A stretch of DNA of 52,808 nucleotides, taken from positions 1-52,808 of the forward strand of contig CAZMRX010000001.1 of assembly GCA_964568755.1 (NCBI GenBank). Direction: 5' to 3'. Of this stretch, positions 52,367 to 52,808 are shown piece by piece (position 1 is the stretch's first letter; every line of letters starts with the position of its first letter). Source of the DNA: an uncultured Acidobacteriota bacterium. GTDB taxonomy: Bacteria > Acidobacteriota > Vicinamibacteria > Fen-336. The notes under the pieces were generated by a model, which was not told the DNA's origin, ran no database searches, and saw nothing but the letters and a program-made list of their open reading frames with translations. The position numbers were made by a program, and so were the translations under genes.

Positions 52367-52808
52367 GCGAGGCGCTCGCGCCGCTGCGCGCCCGCGTCGA
52401 GCAGCTGTTCGCGGCGGGCGCCTCGGCCAGCCGGGACGAGGCGCGCGCATGCTTCGCGGAGCTGCGGGCGGCGCTCGCCCGCGGCGAGGCGCGCGCGGCG
52501 GAGCCCGACCCATCCTCCCCCACCGGCTGGCGCGTCAACGCCTGGGTCAAGCAGGGGATCCTGCTGGGCTTCCGGCACGGCGACGTCGTGGACGCCTCGA
52601 TGGATCACGGCCGGCTCCCCTTCTTCGACAAGGACACCCTGCCGCTCAAGCGCCTCGACGCGGCGGCCGGCGTGCGGATCGTCCCCGGGGGCTCGGCGGT
52701 CCGGGACGGGGCGGTCCTCGGGCGGGGCGTCGTGTGCATGCCGCCGAGGTACGTCCACGTGGGCGCCTACGTCGGATTCGTCACCACGGGAACCATCGCC
52801 TGGATCAC
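52363..52808 (+). CDS. dapD: Tetrahydrodipicolinate N-succinyltransferase, 3'-truncated by the window end
   Basis: GTG 52363 overlaps the dapA TGA (GTGA). My own translation gives ...GWRVNAWVKQGILLGFR...GVRIVPGGSAVRDGAVL...MPPRYVHVGAYV, matching the DapD N-domain and the start of the hexapeptide region. This ORF is not in the supplied track because it is open-ended. Confidence 0.7.
   Translation, partial: MSEALAPLRARVEQLFAAGASASRDEARACFAELRAALARGEARAAEPDPSSPTGWRVNAWVKQGILLGFRHGDVVDASMDHGRLPFFDKDTLPLKRLDAAAGVRIVPGGSAVRDGAVLGRGVVCMPPRYVHVGAYVGFVTTGTIAWI

Noticed and set aside
52740-52808. Apparent divergence of the dapD product after GAYV (GFVTTGTIAWI instead of the usual (D/G)EGTMVDTW)
   Set aside because: These are only the last 11 codons at the window or contig edge. 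This could be normal lineage variation or low-quality terminal sequence, and it cannot be judged without the rest of the gene.
1-52808. Mobile elements, prophage, genomic-island signatures, tRNA or rRNA genes
   Set aside because: No transposase, integrase or phage-like ORFs were seen. No tRNA-like T-arm motifs appear in any intergenic gap. Composition looks uniform by eye, and gene content is core-like.

Overview
This is a 52.8-kb, very GC-rich bacterial chromosomal segment. GC is above 70% by eye, third-codon positions are strongly GC-biased, and long spurious antisense ORFs occur throughout. About 45 protein genes are densely packed on both strands. I recognised no rRNA, tRNA, CRISPR array, transposase or integrase. 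Most content is housekeeping or envelope-related: leuCD, an alanine/glycine:cation symporter, a geranylgeranyl-reductase-like flavoprotein, agmatinase, a giant Ser/Thr-kinase/cyclase/STAND-ATPase/TPR sensor, a family-B DNA polymerase, 1-Cys peroxiredoxin, glgC, erpA, a 5'-3' exonuclease and alr. The 3' end carries an asd-lysC-dapB-dapA-dapD lysine/DAP operon, with dapD cut by the window edge. A secreted VWA protein of the kind common in Acidobacteria hints at an Acidobacteriota-like origin, but this is inference only. Main observations, in order of interest: (1) A TamB-like inner-membrane-anchored, periplasm-spanning protein continues in the same reading frame into POTRA repeats and an Omp85 (TamA/BamA-like) barrel. 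This would be a roughly 2255-codon single-polypeptide trans-envelope module, interrupted only by one in-frame TAG at 13209-13211. (2) A 430-bp intergenic region between erpA and a NuoF-like gene holds a perfect-phase array of 13 heptamers, which reads (AAGGACA)5 on the minus strand. The array is flanked by inverted G/C-run hairpin modules, and the right-hand module is tandemly repeated about 2.7 times. (3) A promoter / about 125-nt structured leader / intrinsic-terminator arrangement lies directly upstream of the asd-lysC-dap operon. It does not look like the canonical lysine riboswitch. (4) An operon encodes two paralogous 7-TM proteins with the acidic motifs I associate with Pyr4/PaxB-type membrane terpene cyclases, plus an MpaB/DUF2236-type oxygenase. 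(5) A signal-peptide-less S8 subtilase, a free-standing I9-propeptide-like paralog and an SGNH hydrolase form a cassette. (6) A -10-like motif TAGAAT(CAG) recurs, twice positioned 5-6 nt from a GTG start, which suggests leaderless mRNAs. All functional calls rest on motif and family recognition by eye; no searches were run.
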